Under the pieces are notes generated by a model, which ran no database searches, was not told where the DNA came from, and worked only from the letters and a program-made list of their open reading frames with translations. This document shows positions 32,261 through 42,418 of a DNA stretch of 64,000 bases, one piece after another. The position numbers and the translations under genes are program-made. Position 1 is the first letter of the stretch. The number at the start of each line of letters is the position of its first letter. Origin of the DNA: an uncultured delta proteobacterium (GTDB lineage: Bacteria > Desulfobacterota > Desulfobacteria > Desulfobacterales > UBA2156); contig CAVTQK010000015.1 of assembly GCA_963736855.1 (NCBI GenBank), forward strand, positions 288,001 to 352,000, read 5' to 3'.

Positions 32261-32380
32261 GGCTGAAACCTCCGATATTCACTATTCGGTGTTCGATATT
32301 CGAAATTGAAAATAGTACAATAACACCGGCGCTTCACATTAAGGTGATAAAAACATGACTGCACGCTTATATCTGAGGCA

Positions 32381-33340
32381 TTATGAAAGCGTTATCATGG
32401 ATCCCACGCTGTTGAGCACAAACCGGGAGGAAAATTCTTTCTGGAATCGCTGAACGGCCTTCCATCCCGTACAATGCATGGGCACAATGACCTCCGGATC
32501 CATATTTTTCAATTCCCGGATCGTGTCGTCATGGATCTTTTCGAAAAACGGCCCGGAGAGATGAAATCCGCCTAGGACCGCGTGAACCTTCTCTTCTCCG
32601 GTGGTTTTTTGTGCAAACATGACCGTATTGACGATACCGGCGTGCGCGCAGCCGGAGATGACCACCAATCCCTTGTCCTTGAGTTTTACGACAATCGCCT
32701 GGTCTTCGGTGATGGGATCATGCACGAATTTTCCATCTTTCTCCAGAAGCGCGTTGGGCATCCCTTTTTCAAAACCTGTTTTGCGTTCCACTTCGCCAGT
32801 GACCATGATCCGGTCGTCTGCAATCAACGTGGGTGTTTTGCTTTCAACAAGTTCGACGTTTTTCTGTTTCAGGTCATCCCGCACCAGGGTTCGGGGCCAC
32901 AGTCGCTTGCTTCCGTCGGGTGCCGCGGTATACCGGGGATACACAAAGGCGCCGGGATGAAGCACCAGCGGAATCCGGCCGGGCATTTTATCGAGAATGG
33001 GGTACAGGGCCCCGGTGTGGTCCATGTGTCCGTGACTGATGACAACGGCCTCGATTGCTTCACTGTTGACCCCCAGAAGTTCCATGTTGTGCGGCACGCC
33101 GACTTTGGTGTAGCCCGTGTCGAAAAGGATGGTGTTTTTCCTACCTCCGCTATAAATGGTAATGAGCAGTGACAGACCGTGCTCCGCCAGCAGCGTATCC
33201 GCCAGAATATTTCCGCCTTTGGCCAGCGGCGGCCGTGTGACGATCTCTGAAGGGGGTAAGAGAAGATCAACGTAATTGTCAATCAGCGTGGTGATCTCGA
33301 CACGTTCCGCAGGTTTTATTGAAACCGGCAAACTGTTCAT
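32381..33340 (-). CDS. MBL-fold metallo-hydrolase (COG1237-like)
   Basis: AEHGLS, LFDTG, SHGHMDHTG, SGCAHAG, GGFHL, PMHCTG. Confidence 0.9.
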   Translation of the reverse strand: MNSLPVSIKPAERVEITTLIDNYVDLLLPPSEIVTRPPLAKGGNILADTLLAEHGLSLLITIYSGGRKNTILFDTGYTKVGVPHNMELLGVNSEAIEAVVISHGHMDHTGALYPILDKMPGRIPLVLHPGAFVYPRYTAAPDGSKRLWPRTLVRDDLKQKNVELVESKTPTLIADDRIMVTGEVERKTGFEKGMPNALLEKDGKFVHDPITEDQAIVVKLKDKGLVVISGCAHAGIVNTVMFAQKTTGEEKVHAVLGGFHLSGPFFEKIHDDTIRELKNMDPEVIVPMHCTGWKAVQRFQKEFSSRFVLNSVGSMITLS

Positions 33341-33545
33341 CGTTTTTCCTCCTTTTTATATAAAATCACGAAGCGATTTTATATATATTTCAATTATATT
33401 TATGTAAAGAGATTTGTCCCAAAATCTGCGATTGGTTTTGTCCAAGGCAGTGTGATGGTTTTGGTATCCACTCTTGACGACCGACCCCAACTGCAGGATA
33501 TACTGAGGCCATGGATATCTGCACCATCGGACCGGCTATTTAAAA

Positions 33546-34817
33546 ATGCTTCAAAACCGATATGATGTTGTCATAATCGGCGCAGGCCCCGCGGGTCTTA
33601 TCGCCGCCATTGAATGCGGCCGTCCTGCAAAATCCTTGCTCATTCTCGAAAAAATGCCAAAGCCCGCCCTGAAGCTGAGGATATCCGGCAAGGGACGGTG
33701 CAACATCACAAATAGCGCGGAGATAAAGGAATTTATTGCACATTTCGGCAAGAACGGTAAATTTTTACGGCATGCCTTTGGCAAGTTTTTCAATACGGAC
33801 CTGCTGAACTATTTCGAGGATCTCGGCATTCGCTTCAAGCTTGAACGAGGCGGACGATACTTCCCCCGGAATGACAATGCCCTGGAAATTGTCGATGCCT
33901 TACTCGGCAAAGCTAAAAAACTCAACATTCCCATTGAAACGCATTCCGAAGTAACCGCCATAACAAAACTCCCCAACGGGGAATTCAGCCTGACCATCCG
34001 TCACGCCGCCCCCGGTCCGAATACCCCCCCTGACCGGATGACGGTAAAAGCCGGCAAGGTTCTTCTGGCGACCGGGGGAAAATCTTATCCGAAAACCGGT
34101 TCCAGCGGGGGGGGCTATCCCCTCGCTTCCCGGCTGGGCCATACCATTACACCGCTTTCCCCTTCGCTGGTCCCCATGACGACAGCCGGCGATATTGCTG
34201 GAAAACTTAAAGGGTTGTCCCTGAAAAATGTCAGCGCGAGCGTCTGGTGTGAAGGCCGAAAGGCTGCCGAGCGGTTCGGAGAAATGGTCTTTACGGATGA
34301 TGGTGTATCCGGTCCGATTATACTCTCTTTAAGTCGGACAATCGTATCGCACCTGAATAACAAACGGAGCGTAAAGATTGTTATCGATTTAAAACCCGCG
34401 CTGGAGCATCAAGTGCTTGATCAGCGACTTTTAAGGGAAATCGACCAGTACGGCAGAGAGGAATTTAAATCACTGCTGAAACGGCTCCTGCCGATGAAAT
34501 TCATCCCGGTTTTTATTGAAAAGCTGGGGATACCGGCAGAAACGAAACTCAGCCAGCTCCGTCTTCAGGACCGCAGGCGGCTGCGGCTGCTGCTCAAAGA
34601 GTTTGCGCTGGAAGTCAGCGGGTGCCGGTCGTTTGACGAGGCGATTGTCACGGCCGGAGGCGTCAGTATAAACGAGATCGACCCGCGCACCATGGAATCA
34701 AAACTGGTGAAAGGGTTATATTTCGCGGGAGAAATTATCGACATCGATGCCGACACCGGCGGTTTCAATTTACAGGCGGCGTTTTCAACAGGCTGGCTGG
34801 CCGGGCGGTCCATGTGA
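33546..34817 (+). CDS. HI0933/BaiN-family flavoprotein
   Basis: [45 protein letters not shown]....[12 protein letters not shown]. Confidence 0.93.
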   Translation: MLQNRYDVVIIGAGPAGLIAAIECGRPAKSLLILEKMPKPALKLRISGKGRCNITNSAEIKEFIAHFGKNGKFLRHAFGKFFNTDLLNYFEDLGIRFKLERGGRYFPRNDNALEIVDALLGKAKKLNIPIETHSEVTAITKLPNGEFSLTIRHAAPGPNTPPDRMTVKAGKVLLATGGKSYPKTGSSGGGYPLASRLGHTITPLSPSLVPMTTAGDIAGKLKGLSLKNVSASVWCEGRKAAERFGEMVFTDDGVSGPIILSLSRTIVSHLNNKRSVKIVIDLKPALEHQVLDQRLLREIDQYGREEFKSLLKRLLPMKFIPVFIEKLGIPAETKLSQLRLQDRRRLRLLLKEFALEVSGCRSFDEAIVTAGGVSINEIDPRTMESKLVKGLYFAGEIIDIDADTGGFNLQAAFSTGWLAGRSM

Positions 34818-34827
34818 GGGAATCGGT

Positions 34828-35172
34828 TTGGCCCGTTTTGATGTTATTATCATCGGCGCAGGCGCTTCGGGCCTGATGTGTGCCGGCACCGCCGGCAGAC
34901 GGGGACGCCGTGTGCTCGTTCTCGAAAAAAATAGCCGAGTAGGGGAAAAAAGCCTGATATCCGGCGGCGGAGGGTGCAATTTTACCAAACTTTATATTGA
35001 ACCCGGCTGTTTTATTTCAGCGAATCCGCATTTCTGTAAATCCGCTTTAAAGCGTTATACCCAGCAAGGACTGTATTTTATCGGCGAGGTCGTCGATGTC
35101 ACCGGTCATCTGGGCGGCTTTAATTTTCAGTGGGCCTGGTCATCGGGGGTTGCGGCTGGGCAGAACGCATAA
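34828..35172 (+). pseudogene. Second HI0933-family gene with large in-frame internal deletion
   Basis: N-terminus (IGAGASG...ISGGGGCNFT...NPHFCKSAL.RYT) joined directly to the C-terminus (GLYFIGEVVDVTGHLGGFNFQWAWSSG). Confidence 0.75.
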
Positions 35173-35192
35173 AAAAACCTGCTGCGGTTGCG

Positions 35193-35903
35193 ATGACGAA
35201 ACGATTCAATTCAAATACGAGGTACCTGCCGAAAGGGCTTGTGATTCTTTACGAGGACCGGGATATTCTGGTGGTGGATAAGCCGGCAGGTCTCCTGACG
35301 GTCGCTACGGAAACGGATAAACTGCGCACGGTGCACTTTGCTCTGACGGATTATATCCGCAAGGGCTGCGCCAAGTCACGAAAACAGCTTTTTGTCGTAC
35401 ACCGGCTGGACAAGCAGACTTCAGGGGTACTCATCTTTGCCAAGACTGAAACGGCCATGCTCAACTTGAAGAATGGGTGGAAGAAAACTGAAAAAGAATA
35501 TCTGGCGGTGGTTCACGGCAGGCTTGCGGAACACTCCGGCACTGTTACGTCATACCTGACGGAGAACAAGACGAGCCAGGTTGTTTACAAGACGACCGAC
35601 ACTACAAAGGGGAAGCTGTCTCACACCACCTATCAGGTGCTCCGGGAGACAAGGAGATTTTCCCTGCTGGAAGTCCATCCCTTGACCGGGCGAAAGAACC
35701 AGATCCGCGTCCATCTCGCCGATCTCGGTCACCCGGTTGTTGGCGACCGAAAGTACGGAAAAGCCAACGAGCGCTATGACCGCATGGCACTGCATGCCCG
35801 ATCGATCAGCTTTAACCATCCCTTCAGCGGCAAGCGTCTCTTTTTTGAAGCGGAAGTGCCGGAATACTTCAACAAGCTTGTGGGCAAAACAGTTGACAGA
35901 TAG
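35193..35903 (+). CDS. RluA-family pseudouridine synthase
   Basis: DKPAGLL, VHRLDKQTSG, TGRKNQIRVH, GD.KYG, LHA. Confidence 0.93.
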   Translation: MTKRFNSNTRYLPKGLVILYEDRDILVVDKPAGLLTVATETDKLRTVHFALTDYIRKGCAKSRKQLFVVHRLDKQTSGVLIFAKTETAMLNLKNGWKKTEKEYLAVVHGRLAEHSGTVTSYLTENKTSQVVYKTTDTTKGKLSHTTYQVLRETRRFSLLEVHPLTGRKNQIRVHLADLGHPVVGDRKYGKANERYDRMALHARSISFNHPFSGKRLFFEAEVPEYFNKLVGKTVDR

Positions 35904-35905
35904 AG

Positions 35906-36170
35906 ACTATGAAAGATTTTTAGTTCGGCGTAGAAGCCCACACTCTGCGGGTGTGGTCATGTGGGATTAGCTGTGCCGGTCCCGCATGGGTACGGCCTAA
36001 AAAGCCGCTCACTGCTATCCTTGAATCGAGTTGTAGCCGCAACGTCGAAAACAAGGAGGTAGCAGTGAGCAGATTTCGCAAGTTATCAAACACGATATGG
36101 CATTGTCAGTATCATATTGTCTGGGTTCCGAAATATCGATTCCACATATTGGATGGATCGTTGCGCGAAT
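35906..36170 (+). mobile_element. tnpA: IS200-type element: left end and truncated tnpA (GTG at 36065)
   Basis: MSRFRKLSNTIWHCQYHIVWVPKYRF; subterminal hairpin CCACAC/GTGTGG; leader stem-loop covering the RBS. Confidence 0.85.
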
Positions 36171-37274
36171 TTACTTCGCGGCTCGGCTTATGGGCAAACG
36201 CACATGAAAGGTCGTGCCGATTCCGATCTGGCTTTCGACGGTTATATCGCCGCCGAGTTTCTTCAGAATACCATAGCAGATGGATAATCCAAGTCCGGTC
36301 CCTTTCCCGACAGGCTTGGTTGTAAAGAAGGGATCAAAAATCCTGTCTATTTGCGCATCGGGAATACCTTGGCCATTATCGCTTATATCGATCAACACCC
36401 AATTTTCTTGAATCCTTGTTTGAATTTCGATGACACCTTCGGCTGGTCCAATGGCGTCCACAGCATTGTTGAGGATATTCAGAAACATCTGCTGCATTTC
36501 GGAAGGAGAAGCCTTAATCATAGGCAGAGAAGGCTCAAATCTGGTTCTAATTACAATTTTGCCGGATTGCAGACGACGCCGGTATGTTGTTACCAATTCT
36601 TCGATTAGGCTGTTGATTTGCACTTCAAAGATCCGTGGGTCGCTTCTGCGAGCAAAACTCAGGAGTTTGTGTGTAATTTCCTTGCAGCGCTCTCCCTGAG
36701 TTTTGATTTTCATCAAGGAGTGTTTCAACTCGTCTAAGTTCTCATTGCGGCTGAAATCTCCATCCTTAAGCAAATCATCAATCCAGCCGGCCTCTTCCAC
36801 CATAATGGCGACCGGGTTGTTGATCTCATGGGCGATGCCGGCCGCGAGATCGCCGATAGGCCCCATAATCTGATCGATTTCCGCATTCCGGATGCGGTCC
36901 TCGTGCTCACTCTTGCGGCGATAGGCCTTAGCGATCTTTTCAACCAGAATTTTGGTGTCGACCGGTTTGAAAAGGAAATCATAGGCACCGAGCTTCATGC
37001 CCTCGACAGCGGTCTCAAGAGTGCCATGGCCCGTTAACATGATCACTTCCACAAGTGGAAGTTTCTTTTTAATCTCACGCAAAGTTTCGAGCCCGTCTAT
37101 ACCGGGCAACATTACGTCTAGGATTACCACATCAATTCTGATGTCATCCAGCAACTTCAAAGCCTCATCACCGGTATATGCTTTGGAAACCGTAAATTCC
37201 CGGAGGGTAAGACGTTCCGCAAGGAAGTTAACCATCTCTACTTCGTCATCAACGAGGAGCACTCTGATATTCAT
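36171..37274 (-). CDS. Hybrid response regulator/histidine kinase (REC-HisKA-HATPase)
   Basis: [45 protein letters not shown]. Confidence 0.93.
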   Translation of the reverse strand: MNIRVLLVDDEVEMVNFLAERLTLREFTVSKAYTGDEALKLLDDIRIDVVILDVMLPGIDGLETLREIKKKLPLVEVIMLTGHGTLETAVEGMKLGAYDFLFKPVDTKILVEKIAKAYRRKSEHEDRIRNAEIDQIMGPIGDLAAGIAHEINNPVAIMVEEAGWIDDLLKDGDFSRNENLDELKHSLMKIKTQGERCKEITHKLLSFARRSDPRIFEVQINSLIEELVTTYRRRLQSGKIVIRTRFEPSLPMIKASPSEMQQMFLNILNNAVDAIGPAEGVIEIQTRIQENWVLIDISDNGQGIPDAQIDRIFDPFFTTKPVGKGTGLGLSICYGILKKLGGDITVESQIGIGTTFHVRLPISRAAK

Positions 37275-37606
37275 AGCTTATTCCTATAGCGGGAACTAAA
37301 AGACTACCGCCTGAAAAACGGATGATGGTAAGATTTTCCTTTTCGCGATTTGATGTATCTCAGAAATCGTCTTGTATGTCAACTTTTAGCAGGCACTTTA
37401 TATTGTGGAGGATTTCGTGGTGGTTTTAGGGGGATCGGTCGGTTATGCCGGACGAGTCGATGATTCCTGAAAAATCCTGAAAATTCGAGTCATTTTCACC
37501 GAGAATTGCTGTAAGAAACCCTCTCAAATAGACACGGGAGGACTTTTATGCTAAATTTTTTTTAAGGCACGCATCCGAAAAACCCGTTAACCGAAAGAAG
37601 AAGCCC

Positions 37607-38612
37607 ATGACACACTCCTTTAAAGCCATGGTGGTGACGGAAAATCCGCCGGGCACCTTCACCCGCCGAATCACCCAAAAAAGCATCGCCGAACTTCCAA
37701 CGGGGGACGTCTTGATCGAAGTCCGTTTTTCCTCCCTCAACTACAAGGACGCTCTTTCTGCAATCGGGAACAAGGGGGTCACCCGGACTTATCCCCACAC
37801 CCCGGGAATCGATGCCGCCGGCATCGTTGTGGAGGGAAAAGGGAGCGATTTTTCTCCAGGGGATCCGGTCCTGGTCACCGGATACGACCTGGGTATGAAC
37901 ACCTCGGGGGGCTTCGGACAGTTCATCCGGGTACCCGCCGACTGGGTGGTCCGTCTCCCAGAGGGGCTTTCCTTAAAACAAAGCATGATTTTGGGGACTG
38001 CCGGATTTACCGCCGGCCTTTCGGTGAGCAAGATCGTCGCCCACGGCATCCAGACCGGGACAAGGAAAAATCCTGGTGACCGGCGCATCCGGCGGTGTCG
38101 GGAGCATGGCCGTCGCCATCCTCTCCCGAATCGGGTACTCCGTCGCTGCGGCAACCGGAAAAATCGAAGAAGCTGATTTTTTTAAAAGCATCGGAGCATC
38201 GGAAGTCATCCCTCGGGAGGAAATCAAAGACGCGCCCCAAAAGGCGCTCCTCAAAGAACGATGGGCAGCCGTTGTGGATACGGTGGGAGGGGAATATTTG
38301 GCCGCCGCGCTCAAGACCACCGCTTACCGGGGCGCGGTCACTTGCTGCGGGAACGTGGCTTCGGCATCACTTTCCCTCACCGTGTACCCTTTTATTCTAA
38401 GGGGTATCACGCTTTACGGCGTCGATTCGGCCAACAACCCCATGGCACTCCGAAAAGCTGTCTGGGAAAAGCTGGCCGGCCCGTGGAAACCGGATTCTCT
38501 TTTCCGGATCGCTCATGAAATATCGCTCAGTATGCTGGATTCTTATATCGATCGGATCCTCGAAGGAAAACTGAAAGGAAGAACAATAGTCAACTTCCAA
38601 AGCAGTCTATAA
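37607..38612 (+). CDS. YhdH/AcuI-family (acryloyl-CoA reductase-like) oxidoreductase, frameshift near 38060
   Basis: SSLNYKDAL, PGIDAAG, GTAGFTA, then VTGASGGVGS and PFILRG.TL.GVDS. Confidence 0.88.
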
Positions 38613-38634
38613 AACGCCGACCCCAAACCGCTCA

Positions 38635-39756
38635 TCAATCCAGGCGCTTCCGGAACCGGTTCACCGCTCCTGCAAAAACCACTCCCCCTAAAACAGCCAG
38701 TTCCAGGAGCTGGGGCCACAATACGCTCATTCCGGTCCCTTTAAGGAAAATGCCCCGGATGATGACCAGAAAATGCCGCAAAGGATCCAGGTGGGTGAGC
38801 CACTGTACTGCCAAGGGCATGTTGGCGATCGGAAACACGAAACCGGAGAGCATGAAAAAGGGGAGGATAAAAAAGAAGTTGGTCATCATTGCCTGCTGTT
38901 GGGTTTTGGACACCGTGGAGATGAAAAGACCGATACCCAATGTGCTCAGCAGAAAAAGTCCTGTCGACCCCAAAAGCAGTAGTGCACTCCCCTCCATCGG
39001 AATCCGAAACCAGAGGATGGCAAAGGCGATCACCATAATCATCTGAGCCTGAGCGATGAGGATGAAGGGAATGGTCTTGCCTAAAATCATCTCCAAAGGC
39101 CGCAAGGGGGTCACGATGAGCTGTTCCATGGTCCCGGCTTCTTTTTCCCGAACGATAGCCATGGACGTCAAAAGGAGAGAAAGGAGCATCACCAAAAAAG
39201 CCACGATACCCGGCACGTAGTAAAACTGGCTGTCCAGATTCGGGTTGTACCAGGTGCGCACCCGAAGGTCGATTTCACCGAATTCGATCCTGCGGCGAAA
39301 GCGATCCCTCAACAGGCGCGTCCCGAACTCGTCCATCACGATGGAGGTATAAGCTATCCGGACAGCGGCCATGTTGCTCATGCTGCCGTCCACATGAACT
39401 CCGATGGCCGCGGTCTTCCCTTTGCGCACCGTGGCCTGAAAGTCCGGGGGGATCCAAATGCCCACGTCCACCCTTCTTTGTAGAAGCAGGCGGTCAAGAT
39501 CCTTAGGATTCTCGAGATGAAAAAGGATCCGGAAAGTCGGGTTGGCGTCGAAGGATTCCAGGAGTCGCCGGCTTTCCGGAGTCTTCGAATGATCCACCAC
39601 TCCCAACCGGATGTCCCTCACATCGGTGGTAACCACATATCCGAAAAGTACGATCTGGATCAGGGGGGCAAGGACAAGGATCGGCCAGTTTCTCTTGTCT
39701 CGAAAAACCTGAATGAATTCCTTGCGTACCAATTCCCTGATGCGGAGCCAACTCAT
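38635..39756 (-). CDS. ABC-2 exporter permease (YbhR-like)
   Basis: KEFIQ.FRD, YNPNL.S, REKEAGTMEQL.VTP, LSGFVFPI.NMP. Confidence 0.9.
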   Translation of the reverse strand: MSWLRIRELVRKEFIQVFRDKRNWPILVLAPLIQIVLFGYVVTTDVRDIRLGVVDHSKTPESRRLLESFDANPTFRILFHLENPKDLDRLLLQRRVDVGIWIPPDFQATVRKGKTAAIGVHVDGSMSNMAAVRIAYTSIVMDEFGTRLLRDRFRRRIEFGEIDLRVRTWYNPNLDSQFYYVPGIVAFLVMLLSLLLTSMAIVREKEAGTMEQLIVTPLRPLEMILGKTIPFILIAQAQMIMVIAFAILWFRIPMEGSALLLLGSTGLFLLSTLGIGLFISTVSKTQQQAMMTNFFFILPFFMLSGFVFPIANMPLAVQWLTHLDPLRHFLVIIRGIFLKGTGMSVLWPQLLELAVLGGVVFAGAVNRFRKRLD

Positions 39757-39757
39757 T

Positions 39758-40891
39758 TCACAACCCCTCTTTTTTCAGGGCCCGGATATTGAGGCCCAGA
39801 AGGATCCCCGTCATAGCCGCAAGGACCGCAAAATTTTGCCACATCTGCAGAAAGGAAAGGTGCCTCAGGTAGAGCCCGTTTAGGATATCAATATAATAGG
39901 TCGCCGGTATGATACGTGTGACGAGCTTGAGGAAAACGGGCATGTTCTGCTGAGGGAAGACAAAGTCCGAGAGCAGCAGGGAAGGAAGGTATGTTAAAAG
40001 GATGGCCATCTGGTTGGCAACAAGCTGGGACTTGGTTTTGATGGAAATCAACAGACCGAGGCTGATGGCCACCGAAATGTAAATCATCGACGCCAGGATC
40101 ATGAGCCAGAAGCTCGACTTCATGACCACGCCGAAAAGGACCTGACCCATGAGAATGGCCACCAGCACATCCACCAGGGCGATGAACCAGTAACAAACGG
40201 CCTTGCCGAAAAAAAATTCCGAAGCCCGGATGGGTAGCGACCGGATGGTTTCCATAGTCCCGTTTTCGTACTCCCTGGCGATGACCAGAGAGGTCAGAAG
40301 CGCCCCCACGATCATGATGATGATGGCGACGATCCCGGGGACGATGAAATTTTTACTTTCCAGTTCTTCGTTGAACCAGACCCGGATCCGGGCCTCCACG
40401 GGGGCTTGGATAGGCTCTTGACCCTGACGGTTCAGAAAAGTCACCAATCGGTCTCGATTCCAGCGTCCCACGACGGTGGTGATGTAAGCGCGCGCGTTTC
40501 CGGCGTAGTTGGGATCGCTGCCGTCGAGGATCACCTGAAGGGGGGAGTTCTTTTCGGCTTTCAGATCGGCGGTAAATCCCGGCGGGATGATGATGCCCAT
40601 CGCGGCAAGATTGCCGTCAAGATGCCGGGTCAATTCTGCAGTGGACTCCGGGTACAAGACCACATCGAAATAGATCGAAGCATTTAACCGACGGATCAGA
40701 TCCCGGCTCTCCGGCGTATGCTCATGATCCACTACGGCTGTCGGGATGCGGTCCACGTCCAGGCTCAGGGCGTATCCGAAGAGCAGAATCAGCAAAAAAG
40801 GGATGAAAAAGGCCAGGTAGAGGCTTCTAAAATCCCGGATCAGGTGAAAATATTCCTTGCGAGCAATGGCCGCAATCTTCCGGAAGCTCAC
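39758..40891 (-). CDS. ABC-2 exporter permease (YbhS-like)
   Basis: KE..HL.RD.RS, LFGYALSLDV, WFN.ELES, AREYENGTME. Confidence 0.9.
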   Translation of the reverse strand: MSFRKIAAIARKEYFHLIRDFRSLYLAFFIPFLLILLFGYALSLDVDRIPTAVVDHEHTPESRDLIRRLNASIYFDVVLYPESTAELTRHLDGNLAAMGIIIPPGFTADLKAEKNSPLQVILDGSDPNYAGNARAYITTVVGRWNRDRLVTFLNRQGQEPIQAPVEARIRVWFNEELESKNFIVPGIVAIIIMIVGALLTSLVIAREYENGTMETIRSLPIRASEFFFGKAVCYWFIALVDVLVAILMGQVLFGVVMKSSFWLMILASMIYISVAISLGLLISIKTKSQLVANQMAILLTYLPSLLLSDFVFPQQNMPVFLKLVTRIIPATYYIDILNGLYLRHLSFLQMWQNFAVLAAMTGILLGLNIRALKKEGL

Positions 40892-41634
40892 GGTGTGCTC
40901 CGACGCATCAGTGCCACGAAGGCATCGTTTAAATCCGCATCGGGCCTGTCCGGAAGAGCCTTTCGGATGATATCCGACGGACGGCCCATAGCGGCGATTT
41001 TGCCGACGTCGATCATGACGACGCGGTCGCAGTGTCGGGCCTCATCCATGTAATGGGTGGTGACGAAGACGGTGACCCCTTCTCCGGTGAGCCGTCGAAT
41101 GAATTCCCAGAAGTGCCGGCGGGTGATCGGATCGACTCCGGAGGTCGGCTCATCGAGAAAAAGGAGTTGGGGCCGATGAAGGAGTGCACACCCCAGCGCC
41201 AGCCGCTGTCGCCAACCGGGCGGGAGTTCCCGCGCGGGTCGATCCCGGACGGATTCCAGTCGGGTTGCATGAAAAACCCATTCCATGCGCTCTTTCCATA
41301 AGTTTGTCGGCACCTCGTAAATGCCGAGAAAAAAGCGAATATTTTCCATCGGGGTCATGTCCAGGTACAGCGAAAATTTCTGAGACATGTATCCGATGGA
41401 GCGCTTGATGCGTTCTGATTCGGTGAAAATGTCGAATCCGGAAACATGTCCGCTGCCGCTGGTGGGAGTGATGATGCCGCACAGCATGCGGATCGTCGTC
41501 GACTTTCCTGCACCGTTGGGGCCCAAAAAACCGAAGATCTCACGGGATTGAACGGAAAAAGAGACATGATCCACAGCCGTAAAGCTGCCGAACCGCTTGA
41601 CCAGGTTCGTAACGGATACGGCTTCAGAGTGCAA
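40888..41634 (-). CDS. ABC exporter ATP-binding protein
   Basis: GPNGAGKST, GYMSQKFSLY, LDEPTSGVDP, TTHYMDEA. Confidence 0.92.
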   Translation of the reverse strand: MHSEAVSVTNLVKRFGSFTAVDHVSFSVQSREIFGFLGPNGAGKSTTIRMLCGIITPTSGSGHVSGFDIFTESERIKRSIGYMSQKFSLYLDMTPMENIRFFLGIYEVPTNLWKERMEWVFHATRLESVRDRPARELPPGWRQRLALGCALLHRPQLLFLDEPTSGVDPITRRHFWEFIRRLTGEGVTVFVTTHYMDEARHCDRVVMIDVGKIAAMGRPSDIIRKALPDRPDADLNDAFVALMRRSTP

Positions 41635-42418
41635 ACCGCTCCTCCTTCAGGCGCGGGTCCGCACTTTGGATGCGGTGGACCATCGCTTCTTCCAGGCTGG
41701 AAAAGCCGCTCCGAATCTCAACGGGCGGGGCATCGGCAATAATTCGAGCTTCGTGCAGAACCAGCAGACGGTCGCATCTTTCCCCCTCATCCAGGTAGGC
41801 CGTAGATACCAGGAGGGTCATCCCTGCGGTTTTCATCTCTGTCAAAATCTCCCAGAACTCCTGCCGGGATACCGGGTCTACCCCGTTGGTCGGTTCGTCC
41901 AGGATCAACATCCGCGGTTCATGGATCAGCACGCAGGCCAAGCCCAGTTTCTGTTTCATGCCACCCGACAGGTCCCCGGCTTTTCGATGGACAAAGGGTG
42001 TTAAATTGGAAAAGCCGAGATACTTCTCCCTTCGTCGGACACGCTCGGCTCCGGTGATACTATAGATATCCATGAAGAAATCGAGGTTCTCGTTTACGGT
42101 GAGGTCCGGGTAGAGACCGAACCGCTGGGGCATATAACCGATCATCGCCTTGACGGAAGATCTCTGGGACACCACGTCCATGCCGGAAACGACGACACTT
42201 CCCGAGGTGGGAGAGGTCATGGTTGCGATGATGCGAAGCAGGGTGGTTTTGCCGGCGCCGTCAGAGCCGATCAGTCCGATGACCGCTCCTTCGGCTACCG
42301 AAAAGGAGGCGTCGGAAACAGCGACGACCGCACCGAAGGTCTTGCTGACGTTCCTTGCAACGATTATGGCTTCAGCGGTTTGAAGGCCGTCTCCGGGAAG
42401 ATCATCGAAACCAGGCAT
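41624..42418 (-). CDS. ABC exporter ATP-binding protein (start uncertain)
   Basis: GSDGAGKTT, LSGGMKQKL, LDEPTNGVDP, STAYLDE. Confidence 0.9.
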   Translation of the reverse strand: MPGFDDLPGDGLQTAEAIIVARNVSKTFGAVVAVSDASFSVAEGAVIGLIGSDGAGKTTLLRIIATMTSPTSGSVVVSGMDVVSQRSSVKAMIGYMPQRFGLYPDLTVNENLDFFMDIYSITGAERVRRREKYLGFSNLTPFVHRKAGDLSGGMKQKLGLACVLIHEPRMLILDEPTNGVDPVSRQEFWEILTEMKTAGMTLLVSTAYLDEGERCDRLLVLHEARIIADAPPVEIRSGFSSLEEAMVHRIQSADPRLKEERFAL

